Positions 51,726 through 63,965 of a stretch of DNA of 64,000 bases are shown piece after piece. The number at the start of each line of letters is the position of its first letter. Positions within the stretch are counted from its first letter, which is position 1. The notes under the pieces were generated by a model. The model saw only the letters and a program-made list of their open reading frames with translations. It made no database searches and was not told the origin of the DNA. A program made the translations under genes and the position numbers. The DNA comes from Octopus sinensis (taxonomy: Eukaryota): contig NC_043010.1 in the NCBI RefSeq assembly GCF_006345805.1, forward strand, positions 59,520,001 to 59,584,000, written 5' to 3'.

Positions 51726-54082
51726 ATGTTGTTACACCTGTGTGTTTTGCTGACTTTCTTCCACTGTTCCCTAAGTGAAGATATCACATTCCATGTTAAA
51801 GAGGAGAATATTCCTCATACGTATGTAGGGGACATTGCTACTGACTTACAGAAATCAGACAGCTCCTTCTTAAAGAATAAGGATTTGATTACATTTAGTC
51901 AACTACAACAAAAGGGAGAACAGTTGTTCAATGTGACGAGAACAGGTAAACTGTACACTGTTGAGACATTGGATGCTGAGTCTGTGTGTAGTTATGAGAA
52001 AGAATGTTTTGAAATCGTTAAAGTAGCTGTTCACAAATCCAAGACATTTATGAAGATCTTAAAGATTAAAGTCATAATAGAAGACTTCAATGACCACCAA
52101 CCTGAGTTTCCTCAGAAAGAAATTACTTTGCAGTTTGGTGAAGGTGATGGTAAAGGTATGAAGAAAACTATCCCAGGAGCTATTGACAAAGATATTGGAT
52201 ACCAGAACAGCTTAATTACATATGAACTAAGAAATGATGATAAATATTTTTCCTTATCAGTCTCCAAAGAAGCTGATGGTTTATCATCATTAGAAATTAT
52301 TTTAGAAGAGAAATTAGACAGAGAAAAGAAAGACAACTACAATATTGAGGTCATTGCTAAAGATGGAGGAACTCCACCAAAACAATCTGTTTTAAATGTG
52401 AAAATATCTGTGGAAGATGAAAATGATAATAAACCAGAATTTTCTCAAAGTATCTACAATGTCTCTATTAAACATAAACATAAAAAGAATATTCCAGTTG
52501 TCACATTATCTGCCAGTGATTTAGATATTGGCAGGAATGGTAAAATATCTTTCTATTTTAGTAGAAAAACTCCTGATAAAATTAGGAATAATTTTGTATT
52601 AAAGGAAAACACTGGTGTGTTGTATTTAGCTAAACAATTACAAATTGGTAAGGAAGAATCATATAATTATACATTGAAGCAAGGGATGAAGGCAACCCTC
52701 CTCTCAGTTCCATTGCAACTGTTATGGTAAATGTCATCAATGAACACAACAATCCCCCAAATATTGATGTGAATTTTATTTCTACACAGAATCACAACAC
52801 AGCTACCATTCTGGAAGACATCAAAGTTGGTAGTTTCATTGCTTATGTGATGGTCACTGACAATGATGTTGGACACAATGGACAGGTGAACTGTCATATC
52901 AAAGACGACACATTCAAACTACAGTCAATGGGATCGAAGGAATATAAAATAGTTCTAAAGAAAGCAGTAGACAGAGAGACACAGGAACATTATCACTTTA
53001 CTGTGTCGTGTGAAGATAAAGGATTACCTGCTCTGAAAACTGATAAAGATCTGTCAATCCAAGTGTTGGATGTGAATGATGTAGAACCACACTTTACGAA
53101 AGACACATTCAAGTTCCTTACCTATGAGAATGACAAAGCTAATTTCCCTATTGGCTTTATCAATGCTACAGACCCAGATATTGGTAAGGGAGGTGAATTG
53201 TCTTATTCTCTGAGAAATAAACAGCAATATCGTCTGCCATTCCAGATTATCAACTCTGGCTTTATTTCAACAAATCAGTCTTTAGACAGAGAACACAGAG
53301 ATTTCTATGAGTTTGAGGTTTTTGTGAAAGACAATGGAAGCCCATCTCTGAATAACACAGTGAATGTTGAAGTGGAAGTATTGGATAGAAATGATAATGC
53401 TCCATATTTTACATTTCCTAGTGTTGACCATTTCACTCTTAATGTTCACTATCATCCGCAAAGTAAGAACGACATCACAGTTCTGAAAGCATCTGATATA
53501 GACAGTCACATGAATGCTTTTCTCAGGTATGAAATCGTTTCAGGTAACGAGAGACAGTTATTTAAACTGGACTCGTTCACTGGTGTGTTATCTTACTCTC
53601 GCACAGTTTACCAAAATGATGCCGGATCATATGAGCTTGAGTTTGTTGTGAAAGACAGTGGTACTCCAGTTCTGTCAGCAACAACTAGTGTGTCTTTGAC
53701 ACTGACTGTTAGTAACAAGACGTCACCAATGTTCACAGCTGTGCACCTACCAAGTGATAACACAATAGATGCGACATTGTTGATTATCATTGTAGTAGCA
53801 GCTGTGATAGTATCTATAGCTATTGTGGTTTCTATAACCCTGTGTATTGTGAGATGTAACAATGTGAGAAATAGCTCATCTGAAAGAACAGCAGAAGAGA
53901 AACAGGCATACCAATGTCGCAATGAGATGAGACAGTTGATCTATCAAGGTAACAACAGTGTACCTGTGATGTCAGGTAATCGAGGAGAGATGTCAGACAG
54001 ATATGGTCATTCGAGGAGCCATTACTATCCTGAAGACTGGAAGACATCAACAATGAGCAGATCACTTCAAAAGTCTACAAAG
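51726..54082 (+). CDS. PCDH: Protocadherin P7 large exon (acceptor 51681/51682); one 1-nt deletion near 52665, probably an assembly error
   Basis: ORFs 51726-52730 and 52724-54124 overlap; tataattatac versus expected tataaattatac; ATG to donor is 2357 nt versus 2358 in intact copies. Confidence 0.93.
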
Positions 54083-54425
54083 GTAAGCTTTACTTGGATT
54101 TACTATTTGTTAGTTTATGTTTAATTAAGAAGTATATGACTGGAAGACATCAACAATGAACAGAACTTTACCAAAAAGCATGAAGGTGTGTGGTAATAGT
54201 CTCTGTTGATAATCTTATAATTATTTACTGAATAGTGGTTTTAAATGTTAGTTATATTCTTAGTCTGTAAATTTTAGAGTTTGTTTCTTCATACTTAGTT
54301 TAAACCAGTAACATCAATGATGATTGATATCATTATATATAATATATAATTCTTGGATTTCGTAAAATTTTATATTCTATTAAAATTGCAATGCGACATG
54401 AAATAATTTGTTTCTCTAACAGCAG

Positions 54426-54576
54426 AAATACAGCCAACCCATTGAAGTAACATCTTATGGAGACAACAGACCGTCTTCTCACTATCCCACTGACACATTG
54501 AACAGTCGTAAGAGCAGTGGACAGTGCTGGAGTGAGCGGTCAAGTAGACAGTATGAAGAAATACCAGCAATGTCAG
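54426..54576 (+). CDS. PCDH: P7 exon 3
   Basis: aacagcag acceptor (alt 54423), 151 nt. Confidence 0.9.
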
Positions 54577-55139
54577 GTAAAACAATTTGTTTCATTCATA
54601 CTTGTTATTGATTTAGTTTCATTGTAGACAACATGCAAAGGTAATGTGTTTTACCAACCCATCTAAGATATTAGTATTTCCAAATAAGGACTGAATCAGG
54701 TTTTTATGTTTGTTATTAACAATGTTACAATAGTTTAATTTTCAATATGTCTAAAATTTCAGCAATTCACAAAACACCATTATTTCTAGGTTTATTTATA
54801 TGTTTATCACTGTTATTACAGCTGGTTACTTTTGTTTCTAAACAATTTTATAGGCTCTATTTCAATCCAGTAATATACCAAATTCAGAGATATTATCATT
54901 CAACTAAACTGAGTTAAATTTATTTTCATCCTACATCAAACCATTCAGTCATTGATTTGCTTATGGTGTTCAAGGTTCTTAGAGAGAGCCATAAGAAACC
55001 TTTAAATGATTATTATTTTCTGTGTTAGTCCAGTGAATGTAGCGGACTAAAGATTGAATATAATGTCAGTAAATACTTATTGTCTCAGGGAACTATGTTG
55101 TAAGTTTGGTTGATGTGTGTATATATATATCTGTTTCAG

Positions 55140-55261
55140 GAATCTATGGTGGTGCCCCACCCGATGTATCAAGCACCAGTGAGAGAGACCATTACCAAGA
55201 CAGATATGTGAAACCTCCAGAGAGACAGTTACCTTCAACACCAGATGTTGTTGCCAGTTAA
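55140..55261 (+). CDS. PCDH: P7 terminal exon 4 (ends DVVAS*)
   Basis: tgtttcag acceptor, 122 nt to TAA. Confidence 0.9.
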
Positions 55262-55676
55262 GTTAACACAACAGAAATAATATCACCTTCAACATTCACA
55301 CAATATTTAAAAACAACAGAAATATATTAGTTAGTTAAAAGCATTGACTGCCTTTGACTGAATATCTTCTTGTGAATTTCACTATGTGCACACACACACA
55401 CACACATTTATAGGGATAGTTTCTTTAGATGAACAACTGAGCAGCTTTAGAAATAGACAATCGGTGTGTAACAACGTATAGCTAGGTAAACCAGAGTTAA
55501 GAGAAATATTCATAAAAAATTATATTCAGGCGATTCCCCTGGTAAAATAGAGTTTGATCCAAAAAATGTAAATTTAATCATGATTTAAATAAATAGTAAA
55601 TAAAATATTAAATGTTTATGTATTTTACTTGGATTATATGTCATTGTTAGATTTTCAAAATATATTCTAAAAGGTT

Positions 55677-55989
55677 TAGGTAAAAATTAGGTCGAGCATA
55701 CATAAAATGCTATTGCCAACATTGTGTCTATATTTTAAATTACACACACTTTAACAACATCAGCCATATTTTGTTAATATAACCTCTCTGTTCAAAGGAT
55801 TTCTATGTCAGTCTCTCTCCACATCAGACATGTTGGTGTTATATAGACTTATCATGGCTGACTGTTAGTGGAGCTGAGAGTGTGTGTTCTCTCACTACTC
55901 TGTCTTTGTGTGTGAGAGGCAACATCTAGTCTGAGAGAGGCTGTAGTAAGCATCACCCATCCTACTCCTCCTCCTCCCTTTCACACACA

Positions 55990-56024
<35 letters not shown>

Positions 56025-56219
56025 TATACATCACACATCCAGAAAGGAAGACTGAGAGGGAACTGCTGGTTCCCACTGACTCACCACCAACACTATTCCA
56101 TCAACATGAAGCCATTGTCACACCATAGCAGCAGTGACACAGACAACCATTAACAACAGAACATTGGGACCAAGTCACAGTTTATACAACAAAGGATTTT
56201 ACACACAATGAAGGTAAGT
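55677..56219 (+). promoter_or_regulatory. Promoter core plus leader exon 1 of P8
   Basis: Core from 55752 and invariant 3' block retained despite diverged flanks; ATG AAG 56208-56213, GTAAGT at 56214. Confidence 0.7.
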
Positions 56220-57169
56220 TTGTTATTCCTTATTATTTATCCACTTATGTGACATAATAATTTAACATATCACCAGGTTGTAGCCTCAAAATGTAATATT
56301 CTGATGGTGGCCATATTAAATCTGTCTTATTTCTCATTTAATGTCTTCGTTTCCATCATGGCTTTCAAGGATTTTGTGAGAAATATTTAAGGTAAAGAAA
56401 ATATGTTCAGCTTTAGTATTTTACAACATTTTTCTTTCCAAGGCATTTGTTGTCAGCTTTCATAATATATGTCTTATATTTTAACATTGCACATAATTCT
56501 TATTTAATCACTAATTCACATATTGCAACATGTTAAGAACTTTAGATAACAGGTCAGTGATATTCCTGATATTTCAATAATTTCCTGATGGAAAGGGTTT
56601 TGAAATCTATTTCGTAACATTCAATGTGATCTACTTGCAGTGCTGTGAATGGATAAAGTATATTGATGTACTTAATGCTATTGACTGTTATTCAAATGCA
56701 TTTCCTTTACCTGTCACGTATTTTCTTTTGTAACATCGATTTCCTTGTTGTAATTCTTTATGGTTAAAACATGGAAGGGTCATGGCTGAAATACCTTAGA
56801 TCAAAGTCTACTCTAGTTTAATTTTGTTTTGAACTAAAAGGAACAATTAAATACAATTCTGTTATATCATGCGTTTGCTGGTTGTATTAAAAATAAGCAT
56901 GATATTTAAACAAAAAAATATTATTATTATTTGTTAAATTCAAATCACTCAACTAAATTCTTCATTTAGCATAATGAAATCTTATTGCGGAAAAAGTTTT
57001 TTTCACATTTGATTTAATATTTTAATCAGACTTATACAAATGATTGTCATAAATAAAGTTTCAAGAAAGCAGCAAGCTGCTTGTGTAACAAGTACTTAAT
57101 GATGTTTTACTAAATTCCTTTTCTTTAAGGAATCATCCTAGATGTTAATATTTGAACTTGATTTAAGTC

Positions 57170-57372
57170 AGCAAGCTGGCCAAATCGTTAGCACACTGGA
57201 CAAAATGCTAAATGACATTTCAACCCTCTTTATGTTCAAATTCCGCCAAGGTCGACTCTACTTTCCATCCTTTAAGGGTTGATAAAATAAGGACCAGCTG
57301 AGTGCTGGAGTTGATGTAATTTCTTTACCTTGTCCCTCAAAATTGCTGGCCTTGTGTCAACATTTGAAACTA
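57170..57372 (+). mobile_element. SINE in P8 intron 1
   Basis: gcaagctggccaaatcgttagcac...ctttccatcctttaagggttgataaaataagg. Confidence 0.7.
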
Positions 57373-58046
57373 GTATTATAACTTGATTTGAGTTAGAGCT
57401 TTACATAAAACACAATATGCTGTTTAGAGGAGTAGAGTTATTAAACAGAAAATCTCAATATCAAATGTCGATCAGTATAGAGTAGGAATGTGAATTTGTG
57501 AATGGTAATAAACAGATATATGTTTTATCATGACCGTTTTTAATATGGAACATGATATTTGAGAATTTCATCCATAGTTTTACAAAAATACTCAATGGAA
57601 AATATCTCACAACACTTACCAAATATATCATTAGTCTAGATGGACAAGTTCTTAGTTGTGATGACAATTTTCATTCCAGCTTTACAGAGTATTACAATAT
57701 AGGTGCAGGCATGACTGTGCTTAAGAAGCTCATTTCTCTTGAGTTCCGTTCCACTGTGCAAGAACTTGGGCAAGTGTTTTCTTCTATCGTCCCATGTTCA
57801 TCAATGACTTGTGAGTAAATGAGGGAGGTGGAAACTGCATGGTAACTTGTTGTGTGTGTTTGTCCTCCTCACACTCGTTGACAATTACTGCTGGTAGATT
57901 CTTCTGACTAAACCATCAAAAGGATGTGTCTCATCATGGCCGAAGTCCAATGACTGAAACATGATATAGCTTTGTTTTTTTTGACACAGGTACTTACTGT
58001 GTAATATGTAGTATATTCTCAAGGGAGATAACTCGTTTTGATATTT

Positions 58047-58273
58047 AACCCTTTAGCCTCCAGATTGCTCTGTCAAATGTATTGCTTATTTATTCACATT
58101 ATCTTGAATTAATCATGCATTATCTTGTAGCTTTGAGATTTTTATGATATAATTGCTTATTAGTTTTGATGGACATTGTAGAGTAGGTGTGAGAGGCCAA
58201 ATCTGACTGGTTTGAACCTAAAACAAGTTGAATATTTAGGTCAGAGATGGCTGGTTTGAATGCTAAACGTTTA
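58047..58273. mobile_element. Putative MITE
   Basis: Imperfect TIRs taaccctttagcctcca / tgaatgctaaacgttta. Confidence 0.45.
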
Positions 58274-58504
58274 AATAAATTTTTGCCTTACATCCTCCAT
58301 TAAAATCTGATATTAATTAGTTACAAGTTATTTTAATATCTCACGTCAAAGACGACTAATATATATTGGAGCTTAACTTGATATTATTTAGCTGTTGTAT
58401 TCCTATATTGTTTTCAGAAAAATAAAACAATCAGACATAGTTTACCAAACTGCATTAATATTTTAACGTTTGTTTCAGATTTGGTATTAGAAGCCATCTT
58501 AACA

Positions 58505-60892
58505 ATGTCTACTATATTAACATCAGGACCAGAGATGTTGTTACACCTGTGTGTTTTACTGACTTTCTTCCACTGTTCCCGAAGTGAAGACATCACATAC
58601 CATGTTAAAGAAGAGAATAGTCCCTACACCTATGTAGGGGACATTGCCGCTGACTTACAGAAATCAGACAGCTCCTTCTTAAAGAATAAGGATTTAATTA
58701 CATTTAGTCAACTGCAACAAAAGGGAGAACAATTGTTCAATGTGACGAGAACAGGTAAACTGTACACTGTTGAGACATTGGATGCTGAGTCTGTGTGTAG
58801 TTATGAGAAAGAATGTTTTGAAATCGTTAAAGTTGCTGTTCACAAATCGAAGACATTTATGAAGATCTTAAAGATTAAAGTCATAATAGAAGACATCAAT
58901 GACCACCAACCTGAGTTTCCAACTGAAGAGGTCAGCATTCAGTTTTCTGAAACAGATGGTAAAGGCACGAAAAGATCAATAGAAAATGCTATTGATAAAG
59001 ATGTTGGATATCAGAACAGTTTAATTAATTACGAATTAAAAAACAATAAAAACCATTTCTCTTTATTAGTTTCCAAAAGAGCAGATGGAATTTCAAAATT
59101 AGGAATTATTTTAGAAGACAAATTAGACAGAGAAGCAAAAGATATTTACAATATTGAAGTCATTGGTAAAGATGGGGGAACTCCACCAAAACAATCTGTT
59201 TTAAATGTTAAAATATCGGTAGAAGATGAAAATGATAATAAACCACAATTTTCCCAAAGTATCTACAATGTTTCTATCGAACATAAACATAAAAAGAATA
59301 TTCCAGTAGTTACATTATCTGCCAGTGATTTAGATATTGGCAGGAATGGTAAAATATCTTTCTATTTTAGCCCCAAAACAGATGAGAAAATGAGAAGACA
59401 TTTTAATCTGGATGATAAAACTGGTGAAATATTTTTAATAAAACCTATACTGTTTGGTAAAGAAGATTATTTTAAACTGTATGTAGAAGCTGAAGATAAA
59501 GGTATGCCTCCTCTAAGTTCTATAGCCACTATTATGGTAAATGTTATCAACCAGCAGAACAATCCTCCAAATATTGATGTGAATTTTATTTCTACACAGA
59601 ATCACAACACAGCCACCATTCTGGAAGACATCAAAGTTGGTAGTTTCATTGCTTATGTGATGGTCACTGACAACGATGTTGGACACAATGGACAGGTGAA
59701 CTGTCATATCAAAGATGACACATTCAAACTACAGTCAATGGGATCGAAGGAATATAAAATAGTTCTAAAGAAAGCAGTAGACAGAGAGACACAGGAACAT
59801 TATCACTTTACTGTGTCGTGTGAAGATAAAGGATTACCTGCTCTGAAAACTGATAAAGATCTGTCAATCCAAGTGTTGGATGTGAATGATGTAGAACCAC
59901 ACTTTACGAAAGACACATTCAAGTTCCTTACCTATGAGAATGACAAAGCTAATTTCCCTATTGGCTTTATCAATGCTACAGACCCAGATATTGGTAAGGG
60001 AGGTGAATTGTCTTATTCTCTGAGAAATAAACAGCAATATCGTCTGCCATTCCAGATTATCAACTCTGGCTTTATTTCAACAAACCAGTCTTTAGACAGA
60101 GAACACAGAGATTTCTATGAGTTTGAGGTTTTTGTGAAAGACAATGGAAGCCCATCTCTGAATAACACAGTGAATGTTGAAGTAGAAGTATTGGATAGAA
60201 ATGATAATGCTCCATATTTTACATTTCCTAGTGTTGACCCTTTCACTCTTAATGTCCACTATCATCCGCAAAGTAAGAACGACATCACAGTTCTGAAAGC
60301 ATCTGATATAGACAGTCACATGAATGCTTTTCTCAGGTATGAAATCGTTTCAGGTAACGAGAGACAGTTATTTAAACTGGATTCGTTCACTGGTGTGTTA
60401 TCTTACTCTCGCACAGTTTACCAAAATGATGGCGGATCATATGAGCTTGAGTTTGTTGTGAAAGACAGTGGTACTCCAGTTCTGTCAGCAACAACTAGTG
60501 TGTCTTTGACACTTACTGTTAGTAACAAGACGTCACCAATGTTCACAGCTGTGCACCTACCAAGTGATAACACAATAGATGCGACATTGTTGATTATCAT
60601 TGTAGTAGCAGCTGTGATAGTATCTATAGCTATTGTGGTTTCTATAACCCTGTGTATTGTGAGATGTAACAATGTGAGAAATAGCTCATCTGAAAGAACA
60701 GCAGAAGAGAAACAGGCATACCAATGTCGCAATGAGATGAGACAGTTGATCTATCAAGGTAACAACAGTGTACCTGTGATGTCAGGTAATCGAGGAGAGA
60801 TGTCAGAGAGATATGGTCATTCGAGGAGCCATTACTATCCTGAAGACTGGAAGACATCAACAATGAACCGGACACTGCAGAAGTCTACAAAG
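58505..60892 (+). CDS. PCDH: Protocadherin P8 large exon coding part, intact (acceptor 58478/58479; in-frame ATGs at 58505 and 58535)
   Basis: 818-aa ORF 58481-60937; 2358 nt from ATG 58535 to donor AAG|gtaagc. Confidence 0.97.
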
Positions 60893-61059
60893 GTAAGCTT
60901 TATTTGGATTGACTGTTTCTTTGTAGTTAATGTTTAATTAAGAATTATATGACTGGAAGATATCAGTAGTGAGCAGATGTCTTCAGAAAGCCATAAATAA
61001 GGTATGTGTTAAGATTCTCTATTGATAATCTAATATTTTACTGAATAATGGTATTAAAT

Positions 61060-61345
61060 GTTTGCCAGCCTCGCCTGGCCCCGTGCCGGTGACACGTAAA
61101 AGCACCATCGGTTCGTGGCCGTTTGCCAGCTCTGTCTGGCACCTGTGCGGGTGGCACGTAAAAAGCACCCACTACACTCACGGAGTGGTTGGCGTTAGGA
61201 AGGGCATCCAGCTGTAGAAACACTGCCAGATCTGACTGGGCCTGATGAAGCCTTCCAGCTTCACAGACCCCAGTTGAACCGTCCAACCCATGCTAGCATT
61301 GAGAACGGACGCTAAATGATGATGATGATGATGATGATGATGAAA
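61060..61345 (+). mobile_element. Young SINE/RTE-tail repeat with (GAT)n tail in P8 intron 2
   Basis: CpG-rich; ggcgttaggaagggcatccagctgtagaaac...cccatgctagcattg...ggacgctaaat(gat)n. Confidence 0.8.
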
Positions 61346-61512
61346 CGTAACTTGTAAATGTTTAACTTTCTTCATATTGATTTTACGCCAATAACATATA
61401 ATGATGATTGATATCAATATTTTATAAAGCATAGATTTTGTAAACTTTTCAAGATAATATGTTATATTAAAATTGCAATAAGACATAAAACAATTTGTTT
61501 TTTTAACAGCAG

Positions 61513-61663
61513 AAATACAGTCAACCGATTGAGGTGACATCTTATGGAGACAACAGACCATCTTCTCACTATCCCACCGACACATTGACCAGTCGTAAGA
61601 GCAGTGGACAGTGCTGGAGTGAGCGGTCAAGTAGACAGTATGAAGAAATTCCAGCAATGTCAG
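61513..61663 (+). CDS. PCDH: P8 exon 3 (exon 4 not seen; presumably beyond 64000)
   Basis: ttttaacagcag acceptor (alt 61510), 151 nt, G|gt. Confidence 0.9.
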
Positions 61664-61778
61664 GTAAAAAAAACTTATCCATTCATGTTTTGTTATTAAT
61701 TTCATTATGATTATTTAATTTTCAGAATGTTTTGTTTCAGTAACTCAGGTGCAATCTGTCATTACTTCTATTAATATT

Positions 61779-61990
61779 CTTTCCTACTCTAGGCACAAGG
61801 CCCGAAATTTTTGGGGAGGGGGCCACTCGATTAGATCGACCCCAGTACCCAACTGGTACTTAGTTTATCAACTCCGAAAGGATGAAAGGCAAAGTTGACC
61901 TCGGCAGAATTTGAGCTCAGAATGTAAAGACAGACGAAATACCACTAAGCATTTCGCCCGGTGTGCTAACGTTTCTGCCAGCTTGCTGCC
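61779..61990 (-). mobile_element. SINE, reverse orientation, flanked by the 17-bp direct repeat ttacttctattaatatt
   Basis: Repeat at 61762-61778 and 61991-62007. Confidence 0.8.
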
Positions 61991-62021
61991 TTACTTCTAT
62001 TAATATTTCCTTATTAGTTAA

Positions 62022-62214
62022 GGTGGCAAGCTGGCAGAATCATTAGCATGCTGGGCAAAATGCTTAGCAGCATTTCATCCATCTTTACATCCTGAGTTCA
62101 AATTCCACCTAGGTCGACTTTGCATTTCATCCTTTTGGGGTCGATAAAATAATTACTAAAGGGTCAATGTAAATGACTTGCCCCTCCCCTGAACTTGTGC
62201 CGAAATTTGAAACC
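62022..62214 (+). mobile_element. SINE, forward orientation, flanked by aatatttccttatt
   Basis: Repeat at 62002-62015 and 62215-62228. Confidence 0.8.
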
Positions 62215-63689
62215 AATATTTCCTTATTGGTCATTGTTATAAGTTAGTTATTACCTTATTTTACTACCATTTTCTCATTGAGTCTCCTACTCCACAAGTA
62301 ACTTTCACAGGGAGATAATTCACTTGTAATCATCGAGATAAAAACCTTTCAAGTCTCTCTGTTTTGTTACCTATAATTCAACATACAAATTTCTCTGAAT
62401 CATCTAGTTATATTTAGAGATATTTCACTTTTAAAATGTGAGAAATAGCTTTGAACATATCAGTGAGTCATTTACTTAAACATAGATCCAAATTTTATCT
62501 TTCCTATGCTCTTTAATAGTTTTGTGAATAAAATATCAACGACGTGAATTATCACAGGTAATTGTTGAAGTTTATTGCAGAAATATCTGTCCAAAGTATT
62601 AAGGAAACATTCATATATTACCTAGTTATTTATATTTCATAAAACTATTTTAAAACTATTTATACTGTACCTGAGCACTGTGTACAATAATTACATTATT
62701 ATTGTTATTTTACCTGGATGGATGTGGCATGATGAATTTTTCCAACTTGGTACTTTTATGACCAGTTGGATGTTGATTAATGAGTGTACTGGAAGATTTC
62801 AACAAGACATTGAAAGAAATTAAACGTTCCTGGCAGAGCTAAACTTGTTGTCAATCTCCTGGCCATATATTACTGAAAACACTGGTTCTTGTCTGATCAT
62901 TGAAGTTAAACAAAATCAATCTTGATTAGTAATTAGGTAGGAGATGATTTGGGAAACTTAGGTGCCTTAAGCCACAAAGAAAGACAGAAAGTAGTGTGTA
63001 TGTAGTCCCATGATTTGCTACAAACAATTGCTGCATCTCCCTCAAATAACACCTTAAAATATGGTAAAATTGTTAGATAATGTAGCCCTCAATATATACT
63101 TTTCCTAAATATTTCATTGAATTTCTCTATATAGTTAGAAATATGAATTTATGTATTGATTTATGGATTTGTTATTGTATCTGTATAATAACATCAGGTG
63201 TTTCCACGAATGATAATCATCTAATATTCTACCATTGACGGAGCAGAACAAAATCATCGAAATATAATGTGATTAGATAATATTTCATGTGATCACATAT
63301 TTCACATGACTGACCAGATTATCGATTGTTGTTACACATCCCTGATCACAATGTGCTTTGTGTTGTTTTAGCCTTCAAGTGATGCCACCCTGCTGATTGA
63401 AAGCAGACTGGAGCAATATGAAATGAAGTGTTTTACTCAAGAACACAACTTGCTACCCAGTTAGGGAATTAAGCCTATGATGTAAGGCCACATACCTAGT
63501 GGTTAGGGTATAGTAAACCTAAAATAAAAATACATTTTAGTTCTGTGTGAGGAATTTGTATGATAAATTATTATAAATTGAAGGGACTGGCATTTTCTAC
63601 TCAAATGCAACACATATCTGACACAAGATCTTCTCTTCCAATACTCCCTTCCCTCTAAAATTCCTTGTCTTGCAAGATGCTTGGTGACC

Positions 63690-63965
63690 CTGCTGGTGCT
63701 GGTACCATGTAAAAAGCATCTAGACCACACTGTAAAGTGGTTGGCATTTGGAAGGACATCCAGCTGTAAAAATCAAGCTGAAACTGACCTTACCTGTGCT
63801 AGTGCCGCCTGAAAAGCATTGAGTCCACTCTGAAGAATGGTTGGTGCTAGGAAGGGCATGCAGACACAGCAACCTGGGTTAGTCTTCTACCTGGCCAGCT
63901 TGTCAACCATCCTACCCATGCATGCATGGAAGACAGACATTAAACAATAATGATGATGATGATGG

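Noticed and set aside
2131-60875. Recurrent minus-strand ORFs (MTVHLSIV..., MTVYIRCF..., MRHWYAC...) as a conserved antisense gene family
   Set aside because: They are shadows of the homogenised protocadherin coding strand; their conservation needs no separate explanation and they show no recognisable domain.
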